Of a stretch of DNA of 32,000 nucleotides, positions 1 through 8,838 are shown piece by piece; positions within the stretch are counted from its first letter, which is position 1; the number at the start of each line of letters is the position of its first letter. This DNA comes from Gynuella sp. (lineage in GTDB: Bacteria; Pseudomonadota; Gammaproteobacteria; Pseudomonadales; Natronospirillaceae): positions 16,191 through 48,190 of the forward strand of contig JANQHX010000030.1 in assembly GCA_028282465.1 (NCBI GenBank). The letters are read 5' to 3'. Made by a program: the position numbers and the translations under genes. The notes under the pieces are model-generated. The model was given only the letters and a program-made list of their open reading frames with translations. It made no database searches and had not been told where the DNA came from.

Positions 1-510
1 TTACCTGAGCAAAACCCTGAACTCACTATTTTATTAAAAAAAGACAAAGACTTATTCTCTAGTGAGTTTGAAGAAAAACCTCTTGAACACTTTTTGCCTG
101 AAGCATTTGGCCCTGCTGATTTAGATATTTCAGATAGACTGATGTTACCCGTGACTCATGAAGTAAAAGTAGAGGGCGAAGCAGATTTAGAGAAGCTGGC
201 CATCTCAGCCGCTAGCAAAAGCTATGTGCCTTACACTCAATGTATCGCAGGGGTAGCAATCGAAACTCGGGATGGTCGAAAGATAGCAGGGCGCTATGCA
301 GAAAATGCTGCTTATAATCCAAGCTTGTCGCCCATGCATTCTGCTTTGAGTCAATTGAACTTAAACACGCCACCCGATACTGAATTTGAAGTGAAGTCTG
401 TGGTGTTGGCAGAAAGGGTGATGGCGAATGGCGCGAGTCAACGTCGATTGACGGAATCAATGGTGAATGCAGTGCAACCAGACGCTGAGTTTAGTTATAT
501 TGCTCTTTAA
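1..510 (+). CDS. cdd: cytidine deaminase, C-terminal part (5' end lies left of the window)
   Basis: Frame 1 is open from base 1, with no stop before the listed ORF at 94. The translation ..LPEAFGPADL..YAENAAYNPSLSPMHSAL.. matches my recollection of the C-terminal half of E. coli-type Cdd (..LPDAFGPKDL..YAENAAFNPTLPPLQGAL..). It lies next to the deo genes. Confidence 0.85.
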   Translation, partial: LPEQNPELTILLKKDKDLFSSEFEEKPLEHFLPEAFGPADLDISDRLMLPVTHEVKVEGEADLEKLAISAASKSYVPYTQCIAGVAIETRDGRKIAGRYAENAAYNPSLSPMHSALSQLNLNTPPDTEFEVKSVVLAERVMANGASQRRLTESMVNAVQPDAEFSYIAL

Positions 511-516
511 AAAATT

Positions 517-541
517 AGCAGCCTAAAACTATTTGGCTGCT
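517..541 (-). terminator. hairpin between convergent cdd and deoD, mainly a deo-operon terminator
   Basis: AGCAGCC (517-523) pairs with GGCTGCT (535-541): a 7-bp stem with an 11-nt loop. The A-run just 5' of the stem on the plus strand gives a T-run only for minus-strand transcripts. Confidence 0.5.
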
Positions 542-572
542 GTTATAGAGCGTATGGGATTTTAAAAAATGA

Positions 573-1277
573 TTAAAGCAAAGATTCCAATGCCATTTCA
601 ATCATGTCGTTAAATGTGGTTTGACGTTCTTCAGAACTGGTTTTTTCTCCGGTACGAATGTGGTCTGAAATAGTAACTATGCATAATGCCGACTTACCAC
701 ATTCAGCGGCTACACCATATAAACCTGCTGCTTCCATTTCAACAGCGAGCACACCATGCTTTTCCATTAAGTCAAACATCTGAGGTTGAGGGGTGTAGAA
801 TAAGTCGGCAGAAAATACATTGCCTACTTTAACAGGCATGGCATTCGCTTTGGCTTTTTCGACTACAGCGCTGAGTAAGTTGTAGTCGGCAATGGCAGCA
901 AAGTCGTTTCCACCAAATCTTATGCGATTCACATTAGAGTCTGTACATGCGCCCATTCCCACTACTACATCTCTGATTTTTACAGAATTACTAACCGCGC
1001 CTGCTGTGCCTACTCGAATGATGTTTTTAACACCGTATTCCATGTAAAGCTCTTTGGCATAAATTGAACAACTGGGAATACCCATACCCGACCCCATGAC
1101 TGAAACCGGTTTGCCTTTATAAGTTCCGGTGAAGCCCAGCATATTTCGAACGTCATTCACTTGCTCGGCATTTTCAAAAAATGTCTCTGCAATATATTTT
1201 GCACGTAACGGATCACCGGGAAACAACACAGTTTCAGCAAAAGCGCCAGAAGGGGCGTTGATATGAGGTGTCGGCAT
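573..1277 (-). CDS. deoD: purine nucleoside phosphorylase
   Basis: The 234-aa product aligns end to end with recalled E. coli DeoD ([33 protein letters not shown].. versus [33 protein letters not shown]..). Confidence 0.95.
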   Translation of the reverse strand: MPTPHINAPSGAFAETVLFPGDPLRAKYIAETFFENAEQVNDVRNMLGFTGTYKGKPVSVMGSGMGIPSCSIYAKELYMEYGVKNIIRVGTAGAVSNSVKIRDVVVGMGACTDSNVNRIRFGGNDFAAIADYNLLSAVVEKAKANAMPVKVGNVFSADLFYTPQPQMFDLMEKHGVLAVEMEAAGLYGVAAECGKSALCIVTISDHIRTGEKTSSEERQTTFNDMIEMALESLL

Positions 1278-1352
1278 AGATTACTCCTAAAATAGAGGGC
1301 ACTCTTTAATGGCTAACATTTTTTATGGCGCCCAAAAGTTACTAGTCTGTTA

Positions 1353-2579
1353 TTAAAAATCTGTCGTTAAAAAGTTTTCGCCGTGCTCGAAGGCAGGCAA
1401 TGAAAAATAGCTCGCTAAGGACTGTCCAATATCTGCGAAGGTTTGTCGCTTACCAATGTTTTTAGCCGATAGGTTTTTACCATAAGCAATTACTGGAATG
1501 TGTTCTCTGGTGTGATCTGTTCCTTGCCAGGTCGGATCACAGCCATGGTCGGCGGTAATAATAAGTACGTCATCGGGCGCCATTTTTTGTAACAGCTCAG
1601 GCAAACGATTGTCGAAGTATTCGAGCGCTTCTGCATAGCCAGCAACATTACGACGATGGCCAAACGAGGAATCAAAATCCACGAAGTTGGTAAAAATTAA
1701 ACTATTGTTTCGGGACTCATCCATTTGTTCTAACGTAGTGTTAAACAGAGCCTCAAGGCCAGTGGCCTTAATTTTCTCGGAAATTCCCTGGTGAGCATAA
1801 ATATCAGCAATTTTTCCAATACTGATCACTTTGCCCCCTTGATCCGTTAGCTTATCCAGCAGAGTAGGGGCCGGTGGTAACACTGAATAATCTCGACGGT
1901 TTCCAGTTCGGGCAAAGTTGGTTTTATCCGTGCCAATAAATGGCCGAGCAATCACACGGCCAATGTTTAAATCATCCAGAAGATCTCGTGCCAATTCACA
2001 CAGATCCAATAGGCGTTGCAGTCCGAAAGTTTCTTCATGGCAGGCGATCTGAAACACGCTGTCTGCCGAGGTGTAAAAGATGGGTTTGCCAGTGGCCATA
2101 TGTTCTGCACCTAGGCGCTCTAAAATGTCTGTGCCTGATGCGTGGCAATTGCCTAGGTAACCGGGCAGGTCAGCCTTTTCGACTAATTCGTCCAACAACC
2201 ATTGAGGAAAACTGTTTTCTTCATCAGAAAAATAACCCCAGTCTTTAAACACCGGCACACCGGCAATTTCCCAGTGACCACTTGGGGTATCTTTTCCTGT
2301 GGACAGTTCTTCGGCATAGCCATATCGACCTATGGGGTCAATGTCGGTGCTCAGACCTGGAATGTTTTCTCCTGCGGATTCAGCTCCTAATCGACCCAAG
2401 CCAAGCATATTAAGATTGGGTAATGTCAAAGGCCCTTGGCGATTGATATTCGCTTTCCCTTGGTCACAGTGCTGAGCAATGTGCAATAACGTGTTGGAAC
2501 CGGTATCTCCAAAACGGTCTGCATCCGCAGTTGCGCCAACGCCAAAGGAATCCAGCACTAAAATAATGGCTCGTTTCAT
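1353..2579 (-). CDS. deoB: phosphopentomutase
   Basis: 408 aa with the DeoB-typical N-terminus [16 protein letters not shown] and the C-terminal metal-binding ..[22 protein letters not shown]. It occupies the expected position in deoCABD. Confidence 0.93.
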   Translation of the reverse strand: MKRAIILVLDSFGVGATADADRFGDTGSNTLLHIAQHCDQGKANINRQGPLTLPNLNMLGLGRLGAESAGENIPGLSTDIDPIGRYGYAEELSTGKDTPSGHWEIAGVPVFKDWGYFSDEENSFPQWLLDELVEKADLPGYLGNCHASGTDILERLGAEHMATGKPIFYTSADSVFQIACHEETFGLQRLLDLCELARDLLDDLNIGRVIARPFIGTDKTNFARTGNRRDYSVLPPAPTLLDKLTDQGGKVISIGKIADIYAHQGISEKIKATGLEALFNTTLEQMDESRNNSLIFTNFVDFDSSFGHRRNVAGYAEALEYFDNRLPELLQKMAPDDVLIITADHGCDPTWQGTDHTREHIPVIAYGKNLSAKNIGKRQTFADIGQSLASYFSLPAFEHGENFLTTDF

Positions 2580-2591
2580 ATCCGTTGCCCT

Positions 2592-3929
2592 CTATTGCCC
2601 CATGCTAGGAGAAATGACTTCATGCACCACTGGTGGTAGTTCCACCGGGCTGTCAGAAATTGAAACAGCTTTGGAAATCCGGTCAGCTGCTTCATCCCAA
2701 TCGTTTTGATTGGCTGCATGAATCATGACTAACTCATCTCCAGCCTGATATTGTTCACCCAGTTGACGCCAATGAGACAAGCCCACTCGGTGATCAATGG
2801 TATCTGTAGGTGCTTTACGACCGCCACCCAGGCCAACTACGGATAGACCGATTTCGCGGGTATCCATGGCAGAAATATATCCACTGCTGTTTAGCTTTAA
2901 TGGCTCAATAACAGGCGCTTCAGCGAAATGACTCTGCCATTTAGATTCGAAATCTGTTGGGCCACCCAGATAACCAACCATCTTGAAAAAGATTTCAGCA
3001 GCTTTGCCAGAATCCAGAGCCTCGTTAAATTCACTTAAGGCTAAGTCTCGGGTATCGCATAGCCCTGAACTCATCAGCATTTCAATGGCGAGTGCTTGGG
3101 TGGCTTGGTGCAATCGTGAATGACGTTTTTCGCCGATTAAATACTCGATGGCTTCAACGGTTTCCAAAGCATTGCCCGCAGTCCATGCCAGGGGTTGGCT
3201 CATATCTGTTAACAATGCCGAGGTTTTGCAGCCTGCTCGGTTTGCCACAACCACAATGCTTTCTGCCAATTCTTTAGAGAGTTGGTAGGTCGGCATAAAG
3301 GCCCCTGAACCCACTTTTACATCCATCACCAAAGAATCCAGACCTTCCGCCAGTTTCTTACTTAAAATGGATGCCGTAATTAGAGGGATAGACTCTACTG
3401 TGGCAGTCACATCACGAATGCCATATAGACGTTTGTCAGCTGGTGCCAATTGTCCGGTTTGACCAATAATGGCGACACCACATTCCTTAACGGTTTTTTC
3501 GAATGTGCTGTTGGTCGGGGTAACGTTATAACCTTCAATGGCTTCTAGTTTGTCTAGCGTGCCGCCGGTATGGCCCAAGCCACGACCAGCAATCATAGGT
3601 ACAAAACCGCCGCAGGCCGCTACGATAGGCCCCAACATTAAAGACACCACATCACCGACACCACCGGTCGAATGTTTATCAACAGTCGGGCCGGGAAGGT
3701 TTAAATGATTCCATGCCATGACGTCACCCGAGTCTCGCATGGCACAGGTTAACGCTGTGCGCTCTGCCATAGACATGCCATTAAAATAGATTGCCATGGC
3801 CCAGGCTGCGACTTGCCCTTCGCTTAAACTGCCATTGCTAATGCCCTGAACCATAAATTCAATGGCTTCATTGGGTAGTGCTTTGTTATCTCGTTTGTCT
3901 CGAATAATTTCTTGAGGTAGATACATCAT
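2592..3929 (-). CDS. deoA: thymidine phosphorylase
   Basis: Strong similarity to E. coli DeoA (..[42 protein letters not shown]..). I moved the start from the tracked TTG (3941) to the ATG at 3929, because the TTG-GAG-GGT of the tracked start is itself a GGAGG ribosome-binding site 5 nt upstream of that ATG. Confidence 0.93.
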   Translation of the reverse strand: MMYLPQEIIRDKRDNKALPNEAIEFMVQGISNGSLSEGQVAAWAMAIYFNGMSMAERTALTCAMRDSGDVMAWNHLNLPGPTVDKHSTGGVGDVVSLMLGPIVAACGGFVPMIAGRGLGHTGGTLDKLEAIEGYNVTPTNSTFEKTVKECGVAIIGQTGQLAPADKRLYGIRDVTATVESIPLITASILSKKLAEGLDSLVMDVKVGSGAFMPTYQLSKELAESIVVVANRAGCKTSALLTDMSQPLAWTAGNALETVEAIEYLIGEKRHSRLHQATQALAIEMLMSSGLCDTRDLALSEFNEALDSGKAAEIFFKMVGYLGGPTDFESKWQSHFAEAPVIEPLKLNSSGYISAMDTREIGLSVVGLGGGRKAPTDTIDHRVGLSHWRQLGEQYQAGDELVMIHAANQNDWDEAADRISKAVSISDSPVELPPVVHEVISPSMGQ

Positions 3930-3959
3930 ATTACCCTCCAATTAACCTGATATTGGTCT

Positions 3960-4742
3960 TTAGTACTGACTTTGCCTTTCGACCTTTTCACCACCGACCG
4001 TTTCGCCACCTAAGGTGGCCTGCAGAGATGCCAATAGGCCAGAGGCTCCAAAACGAAAGTGTGCCTGTGTTACCCAATCCGCGCCCATGATTCCGTTGGC
4101 CAGTTCAATGTAATCTGCTGCTTGTTCGGTGGATCTCACTCCGCCAGCAGCCTTAAAACCACATGCTGGATTAAGTTCTTTAATGCAGTTCAACATAATC
4201 TCCGCGGCTTCCAATGTGGCATTCACCGGTACTTTGCCAGTAGAGGTTTTAATAAAGTTGGCACCGGCCTGAATGGCAATGGTGCTGGCCTGTTTTATCA
4301 AGTCAGGCTCTGCCAATTCACCGGATTCAATAATGACTTTTAGAATGGCTTGGTCGCCACAGGCAGCTTTGCATCTTTCCACCAGCTGCTGTCCAATCTC
4401 AACATCGCCGGCTTTTAGTGCTCGCCAGGGGAAGACCACATCTACCTCATCAGCACCCAGTGCAACGGCGTCGCGGGTTTCTGACTCTGCACGACTGATG
4501 TCAGCGCTGCCATCTGGAAAGTTGGTGACGGTTGCCACTTTGACATCTGTTTGACCCAACTGCTTTTTAGCGGTTTTGATAAACTGAGGATAAAGACAGA
4601 CAGCCGCTACATTGCCATGTTCACTCGATGCGTTTGAACACAGCTTTTCAATGACTGGATCATTGTCGTCATCATTTAAAGATGTCAGATCCATCAGGCT
4701 TAGTGCCTGAGCGGCAATTGCTTTCTTGTCCATATCAGTCAT
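3960..4742 (-). CDS. deoC: deoxyribose-phosphate aldolase
   Basis: Similar to E. coli DeoC (..[29 protein letters not shown]..). The start is set to the ATG at 4742, because the tracked TTG GAG upstream supplies the RBS. Confidence 0.92.
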   Translation of the reverse strand: MTDMDKKAIAAQALSLMDLTSLNDDDNDPVIEKLCSNASSEHGNVAAVCLYPQFIKTAKKQLGQTDVKVATVTNFPDGSADISRAESETRDAVALGADEVDVVFPWRALKAGDVEIGQQLVERCKAACGDQAILKVIIESGELAEPDLIKQASTIAIQAGANFIKTSTGKVPVNATLEAAEIMLNCIKELNPACGFKAAGGVRSTEQAADYIELANGIMGADWVTQAHFRFGASGLLASLQATLGGETVGGEKVERQSQY

Positions 4743-4786
4743 TTTTTTCTCCAATAATTAACTTGTGATCAGTGGCTAATAGACCA

Positions 4787-6031
4787 TTAAATTGCTGTGA
4801 AAAGCCCGGCCAGCGATGCACTCATCAGGTTAGCCAATGACGCTGCGAATACTGCTTTTAATCCCATCTTGGCAATATCGCCTCGACGACCGGGTGCCAT
4901 ACCACCAATACCTCCCAATAGAATGGCAATAGACGACAGGTTGGCAAAGCCACAAAGTGCAAAGGTCACGATAATTTGCGTGTGCTCACTTAATGAATCT
5001 TTCACACTGACAAAATCTATATAGGCCACAAATTCATTCACAATGAGTTTTTGACCAATGAAACTCCCAGCCTGTATTGCTTCAGCCCAAGGTACTCCGA
5101 TTAACCAAGCCAGCGGCGCAAAGACATATCCTAAAATCTCTTGAATGGTGAGAGTCTCAAAACCAAACCAGCCACCAACACCGCCCACCATGGCGTTCAT
5201 GAGTGCAATCAAACCGATAAATGCTAGAAGCATGGCCCCTACATTTAGAGCAAGTGTAAGACCAGAGCTAGCACCAGACGCGGCAGCATCAATGACATTA
5301 GCGGGCTTATTGTCATCGTCTTCTACCAGTACTTTACCTAAGTCGGTTCGTGCGGTTTCGGTTTCAGGTTGAATGATTTTAGCCATTAACAAACCGCCGG
5401 GTGCTGCCATGAAAGAGGCGGCAATTAAATATTTCAGTTCAACACCCAATCCGGCATAGCCTGCCAACACTGAGCCTGCTACCGATGCTAGGCCACCCAC
5501 CATAATGGCGAATAGCTCAGATTGAGTCATTTTAGGAATAAAAGGTCGAACCACTAACGGCGCTTCAGTCTGGCCTACAAAAATATTGGCGGTGGCTGAC
5601 ATGGATTCAGTGCGGCTGGTGCCTAACAATTTATGAATACCGCCACCAATCAGCAAAATGATTTTCTGCATAATGCCCAGGTGATACAGCACCGCAATGA
5701 GCGCAGAAAAGAACACAATAATGGGTAAGACTCTTAAGGCGAAGACGAATCCACCACCGCCAAATACTTCAAACATCTGGTTACTGACTAGGCCTCCAAA
5801 TAAGAAACTGATGCCTGCCTGGGCACTGTCAATCACGCTCTGCACACCGCCAGATATAGCTTGCAGGACGTCTTTACCAAAGGGTACATAGAGTACAAAA
5901 GCACCCAGGGCTGCCTGCAGACCAAAGGCGCCTGCGACGGTTCGATAGTTGATAGCTTTGCGATTACTTGAAATCCCAAAGGCCACTAATAATAAAAATG
6001 CTATGCCGATTAAGCTCATTAAGGCGTTCAT
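4787..6031 (-). CDS. nupC: NupC/CNT-family concentrative nucleoside transporter
   Basis: 414-aa polytopic membrane protein with CNT-type motifs (..ANIFVGQTEAPL.., ..GFANLSSI..), located directly upstream of deoC. Confidence 0.88.
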   Translation of the reverse strand: MNALMSLIGIAFLLLVAFGISSNRKAINYRTVAGAFGLQAALGAFVLYVPFGKDVLQAISGGVQSVIDSAQAGISFLFGGLVSNQMFEVFGGGGFVFALRVLPIIVFFSALIAVLYHLGIMQKIILLIGGGIHKLLGTSRTESMSATANIFVGQTEAPLVVRPFIPKMTQSELFAIMVGGLASVAGSVLAGYAGLGVELKYLIAASFMAAPGGLLMAKIIQPETETARTDLGKVLVEDDDNKPANVIDAAASGASSGLTLALNVGAMLLAFIGLIALMNAMVGGVGGWFGFETLTIQEILGYVFAPLAWLIGVPWAEAIQAGSFIGQKLIVNEFVAYIDFVSVKDSLSEHTQIIVTFALCGFANLSSIAILLGGIGGMAPGRRGDIAKMGLKAVFAASLANLMSASLAGLFTAI

Positions 6032-6085
6032 AAATACCTCTTACTTCTTGTTATTTATTTTTGAGCAATGGTTTATCTCGACTGA

Positions 6086-6256
6086 TTAAGTGAAAAGCCA
6101 CTGCATGATTAATTTGTATCCTTCGCCCCCCAGGTAAACCCCTACAATGCCGATAATGCCAGACAGCACTGGTGGCGCTGGTAAAGGTAACTGAAGCATG
6201 GAGAACAGAGCGCCAACGCCTGCTCCTGCAATAAGTGCCAGTATGATTTCCTGCAT
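6086..6256 (-). CDS. small XapX-like (DUF1427-type) membrane protein
   Basis: 56 aa, MQEIILALIAGAGVGALFSMLQLPLPAPPVLSGIIGIVGVYLGG.., which resembles small XapX-domain proteins found with nucleoside operons. The start is the ATG at 6256, preceded by a GGGGG RBS; the tracked start at 6274 is a TTG inside that RBS region. Confidence 0.6.
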   Translation of the reverse strand: MQEIILALIAGAGVGALFSMLQLPLPAPPVLSGIIGIVGVYLGGEGYKLIMQWLFT

Positions 6257-6346
6257 GTCACACCCCCTGAACAAAAATAAAAATGACGTTCATTGATTGA
6301 ACGAATCACTGATCTGAGGAAGATTTTAGGAATGAGCTTGAGCTCA

Positions 6347-6368
6347 AAATGTGACGCAGATCACTTTT
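6347..6368. promoter_or_regulatory. CRP (cAMP receptor protein) binding site in the divergent xapX-nupC-deo / ORF6418 intergenic region
   Basis: AAATGTGACGCAGATCACTTTT matches the consensus AAATGTGATCTAGATCACATTT at 18 of 22 positions, with both TGTGA/TCAC half-sites spaced N6. A TAAAAT -10 on the minus strand (6328-6323) puts the site near -41.5 of a minus-strand start. Confidence 0.7.
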
Positions 6369-6397
6369 AAAGTTTGATCAATCGTTCTTAATTTGGG

Positions 6398-6417
6398 TAT
6401 TTACCATTTCTGTTGGC
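6398..6417 (+). repeat. left copy of an imperfect 20-nt direct repeat flanking ORF 6418-7818
   Basis: TATTTACCATTTCTGTTGGC here versus TAATTACCGATTCTGTTGGT at 7853-7872: 16 of 20 identical in the same orientation. Confidence 0.35.
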
Positions 6418-7818
6418 ATGGCTCGTTGGGGTAGGAAAATGACGGTTTACCAAAGGCAATTTAATTGTTGTAAGGCTTTTGGCTGCACAGAGCTGGGCAA
6501 AACATCAGAAAGCCCGGAAAAAGTCCATGACATGGGGTTTGAATCGACGTATTGCCCTAAGTGCAGTAGCTTCCCGCCTTGGGTTGATGATGAGACCGTG
6601 TGTTCTTTAATTGACGAGCTCAAGGACCAGCATTTTTCCCTTAAGCCAGTGGGGTGCCCCCAATGCTTGCCAAGATTTTTTGAAACTCAGCCTGAAGCTA
6701 GCCGTTATGGTAAAACATCAGCAGGACGGCAGCGCCTTAAGTGCCAGCGTTGTAGCAAAATATTCACCCCTGGAAGTATTGACCCTGACCCCAGGTGGAG
6801 TCAGATCATTCAGGGGGTGTTAGGGAAACGACCCGCGTTATCCATAGCATATGACATTGATGTGGCGCCTAAGGTCTATTACCAGCTATTGAATCGCCTG
6901 GCTAACGGGCTTCGAATAATGTCCCGTAAGCTGGAATCTGATCACGGCAAAAGACCCTTTATGGCAATTCTGACCGAAAGTAAGGTGCTGCCCTTTAAGC
7001 ATGGACATTCACTGTGGGCATTGACCAGCTGCGACGCCAACACAGGGTACGTACTGCTAAATACAACTAACTTAAGCCAGAACCCAATTCCCCTAGAAGG
7101 CCAATACTCAGCGAAAGAATTCAACCGCTCGAAACCCTATCACCAACTTGGGTTATATAAAGCCTTGGTTAAACGATATGAAAACACCATGGCTAGGCTT
7201 AATTATGAAAATCTTAACTATGGGATTGCCAAACCCATTGCTCGCGCTCAATTAGTAAAGCCAGCATTGGTGGCTTATGCCCACTTTCAACTCCTGCGTA
7301 ACTTCACCCAGCATTGCGAACATTTTCATCACTATTTGGAGCATGAAAGTTGTATTCGAGGGGCTGGCTTAATGGGCAGTTTTGACGAAATAAAGCAGGG
7401 CAATGCAGACGTGTTTTATGTGTTTCGGCATCATCACAGTGGCAAAGAACTAAGTGAAGAGGGGGTTAATATTGGCTGGTGGAATGACCGCTGGTATCCG
7501 TTTAGAGCTGGCGCTTGGAGCCCCATCACTCCAAGAAAGCAGTTTAGAAAGAACTTTCATTTAGAGCTTCCTTTAGCTGTTAAAAACGCCTTTAAGCACT
7601 TATTGGGTGTGCTACCAAAAGAAATCAAAAGCCCTCAGCCATTATTAGCCATTATGGAAATTCAACGCTGCTTTTATAACTTCTGTAATCATGACGCAGC
7701 AGGCTACACACCCGCAATGCGCCAGGGTTTTACAGATTTGGTTTGGAATACTGATATGTTGGTTAACGCGATGGTGAAGGAAGTGAATAATTTTCACGAC
7801 TTGGATGCCAACTTATAA
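6418..7818 (+). CDS. hypothetical protein with two N-terminal zinc ribbons, an IS1 InsA-like ZnF+HTH segment, and a transposase-like core that appears to lack the first catalytic Asp
   Basis: Long ORF with no competing frame. Cys pairs are C18/C23...C46/C49 and C80/C83...C109/C112. 'RYGKTSAGRQRLKCQRCSKIF' resembles recalled IS1 InsA '[21 protein letters not shown]'. An alternative start is the ATG at 6439, which follows AGGAAA. Confidence 0.7.
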   Translation: MARWGRKMTVYQRQFNCCKAFGCTELGKTSESPEKVHDMGFESTYCPKCSSFPPWVDDETVCSLIDELKDQHFSLKPVGCPQCLPRFFETQPEASRYGKTSAGRQRLKCQRCSKIFTPGSIDPDPRWSQIIQGVLGKRPALSIAYDIDVAPKVYYQLLNRLANGLRIMSRKLESDHGKRPFMAILTESKVLPFKHGHSLWALTSCDANTGYVLLNTTNLSQNPIPLEGQYSAKEFNRSKPYHQLGLYKALVKRYENTMARLNYENLNYGIAKPIARAQLVKPALVAYAHFQLLRNFTQHCEHFHHYLEHESCIRGAGLMGSFDEIKQGNADVFYVFRHHHSGKELSEEGVNIGWWNDRWYPFRAGAWSPITPRKQFRKNFHLELPLAVKNAFKHLLGVLPKEIKSPQPLLAIMEIQRCFYNFCNHDAAGYTPAMRQGFTDLVWNTDMLVNAMVKEVNNFHDLDANL

Positions 7819-7852
7819 CTCTCCACCCAAAAATGTTTACTCGCGAAACAGC

Positions 7853-7872
7853 TAATTACCGATTCTGTTGGT
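7853..7872 (+). repeat. right copy of the imperfect 20-nt direct repeat
   Basis: See the left copy at 6398-6417. Confidence 0.35.
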
Positions 7873-7955
7873 GAGATATTGGCGAGAGTGTCTGAACAAT
7901 AATCACTCCTTTTGTAAAGGTATTAGTACACACAAGAAACTTATTGATTAATAAA

Positions 7956-7975
7956 TGAGAATGAATATCATTAGC
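7956..7975. promoter_or_regulatory. Fur box upstream of ORF 8023
   Basis: GAGAATGAATATCATTAGC (7957-7975) matches the consensus GATAATGATAATCATTATC at 15 of 19 positions. Read as 7-1-7 it is TGAGAAT-G-AATATCA. It lies 48 nt upstream of the ATG and overlaps the likely -35 region of a TATTAT -10 at 7987-7992. Confidence 0.65.
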
Positions 7976-8022
7976 CTGTATGTGGATATTATTTATCCAG
8001 TTCAATCAACAGGTTTAAGAAA

Positions 8023-8460
8023 ATGCTAGAAAAATGGAAAGACCTAAATAGAAGTGGCGATAAGCTTTACCTTGAGAAAAACTATCAGAAAGCAGTGTTC
8101 GTTTATAAGAATGCTATACACTCTGCGCAAGACAACTGGCTTAGGTTCGCCACAAAAAATGAATTTTTTTCTAGATATACGATGAGTTGTCGTAATTTAG
8201 CGAACTGCTTACAAAGTGACTGTAAATCTCAGGAAGCACAAGACCAACTTCGAGAATGTTATTTCAAGCTAACGTCTGAATTAAATAGCAAACCTAAATG
8301 TAATCACTTGAAGTCATTGGTGAATTTCAGCTATCGAGCACTTGCTTCACATATTCAAAGCAATGGTTGCTTAATGGGGGAAGGGTCTAAAACCTACCTT
8401 GATGTGCACAGTTGCAATGAACAGTGCAATCAGTGTTTAAGTAATAGTATGGTTCACTGA
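8023..8460 (+). CDS. hypothetical Cys-rich protein (nine Cys, C-terminal C-x3-C-x2-C), possibly Fur-regulated
   Basis: 145-aa ORF, more AT-rich than its neighbours by eye. The N-terminus 'GDKLYLEKNYQKAVFVYKNAI' looks TPR-like. The C-terminus 'HSCNEQCNQCLSNSMVH' carries the Cys motif. The RBS is weak (AAGAAA). Confidence 0.5.
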   Translation: MLEKWKDLNRSGDKLYLEKNYQKAVFVYKNAIHSAQDNWLRFATKNEFFSRYTMSCRNLANCLQSDCKSQEAQDQLRECYFKLTSELNSKPKCNHLKSLVNFSYRALASHIQSNGCLMGEGSKTYLDVHSCNEQCNQCLSNSMVH

Positions 8461-8728
8461 ATTCATTGCTTTTTCAGAATTCATACATTGAATAAGAACC
8501 AAAGATAAAGGCTGTTTAAATTTCAGGCAGCTCAAACTTGTTAATTCAGTTTTAATAAATCTGCTAAATTTTTATCGAACTTCTATTCCAATAGAGTGAA
8601 CAATAACGAGAGTAGTTTGGTATTAAATCCAATTTACTTGTGCGCACTTAGATTCGAACATCTCCAACAATTTCTATCGTTCAATAACCTTATTTTTAGT
8701 GCGAATCAGTTAAGAGGCAGTAAGTAAA

Positions 8729-8743
8729 GAAAAATCATTCTCA
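8729..8743. promoter_or_regulatory. weak Fur-like 7-1-7 site upstream of bfr
   Basis: GAAAAAT-C-ATTCTCA. The right half is the reverse complement of the TGAGAAT half-site seen at 7956 and 9984. About 10 of 14 positions match TGATAAT-N-ATTATCA. Confidence 0.3.
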
Positions 8744-8838
8744 ATTAAAATTCTGATTAGCTAAATACGTTATTTAATGGATGACATTTAAATGAATTCA
8801 TCTATTCTATAACGGTTTTCGAAGGACAGGGGAAGGAT

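Noticed and set aside
3930-3941. TTG-extended starts reported by the ORF track for deoA (3941), deoC (4754), the xapX-like gene (6274), fliE (10632) and the hsbR-like gene (29715)
   Set aside because: In each case the TTG lies within or beside a GGAG-type ribosome-binding site that serves an ATG a few codons downstream. Homologue N-termini also match the shorter forms.
6418-7818. Calling the Zn-ribbon / InsA-like ORF an active insertion sequence or mobile element
   Set aside because: I found no terminal inverted repeats, the flanking repeat is direct and imperfect, there is no InsA/InsB-type frameshift arrangement, and the first catalytic Asp appears to be replaced. It is reported as a CDS of unknown function.
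8458-8486. Hairpin TGAATTC...GAATTCA after ORF 8023 as a terminator
   Set aside because: The 7-bp AT-rich stem has a 12-nt loop and no following T-run, so the evidence is not convincing.
8461-8838. The 378-nt AT-rich gap before bfr as the site of an iron-responsive sRNA (RyhB/PrrF-like)
   Set aside because: I found no promoter-plus-terminator pair, no stable stem-loop and no strong Fur box there. The only features are a weak Fur-like site and a short palindrome (TCTATTCCAATAGA).
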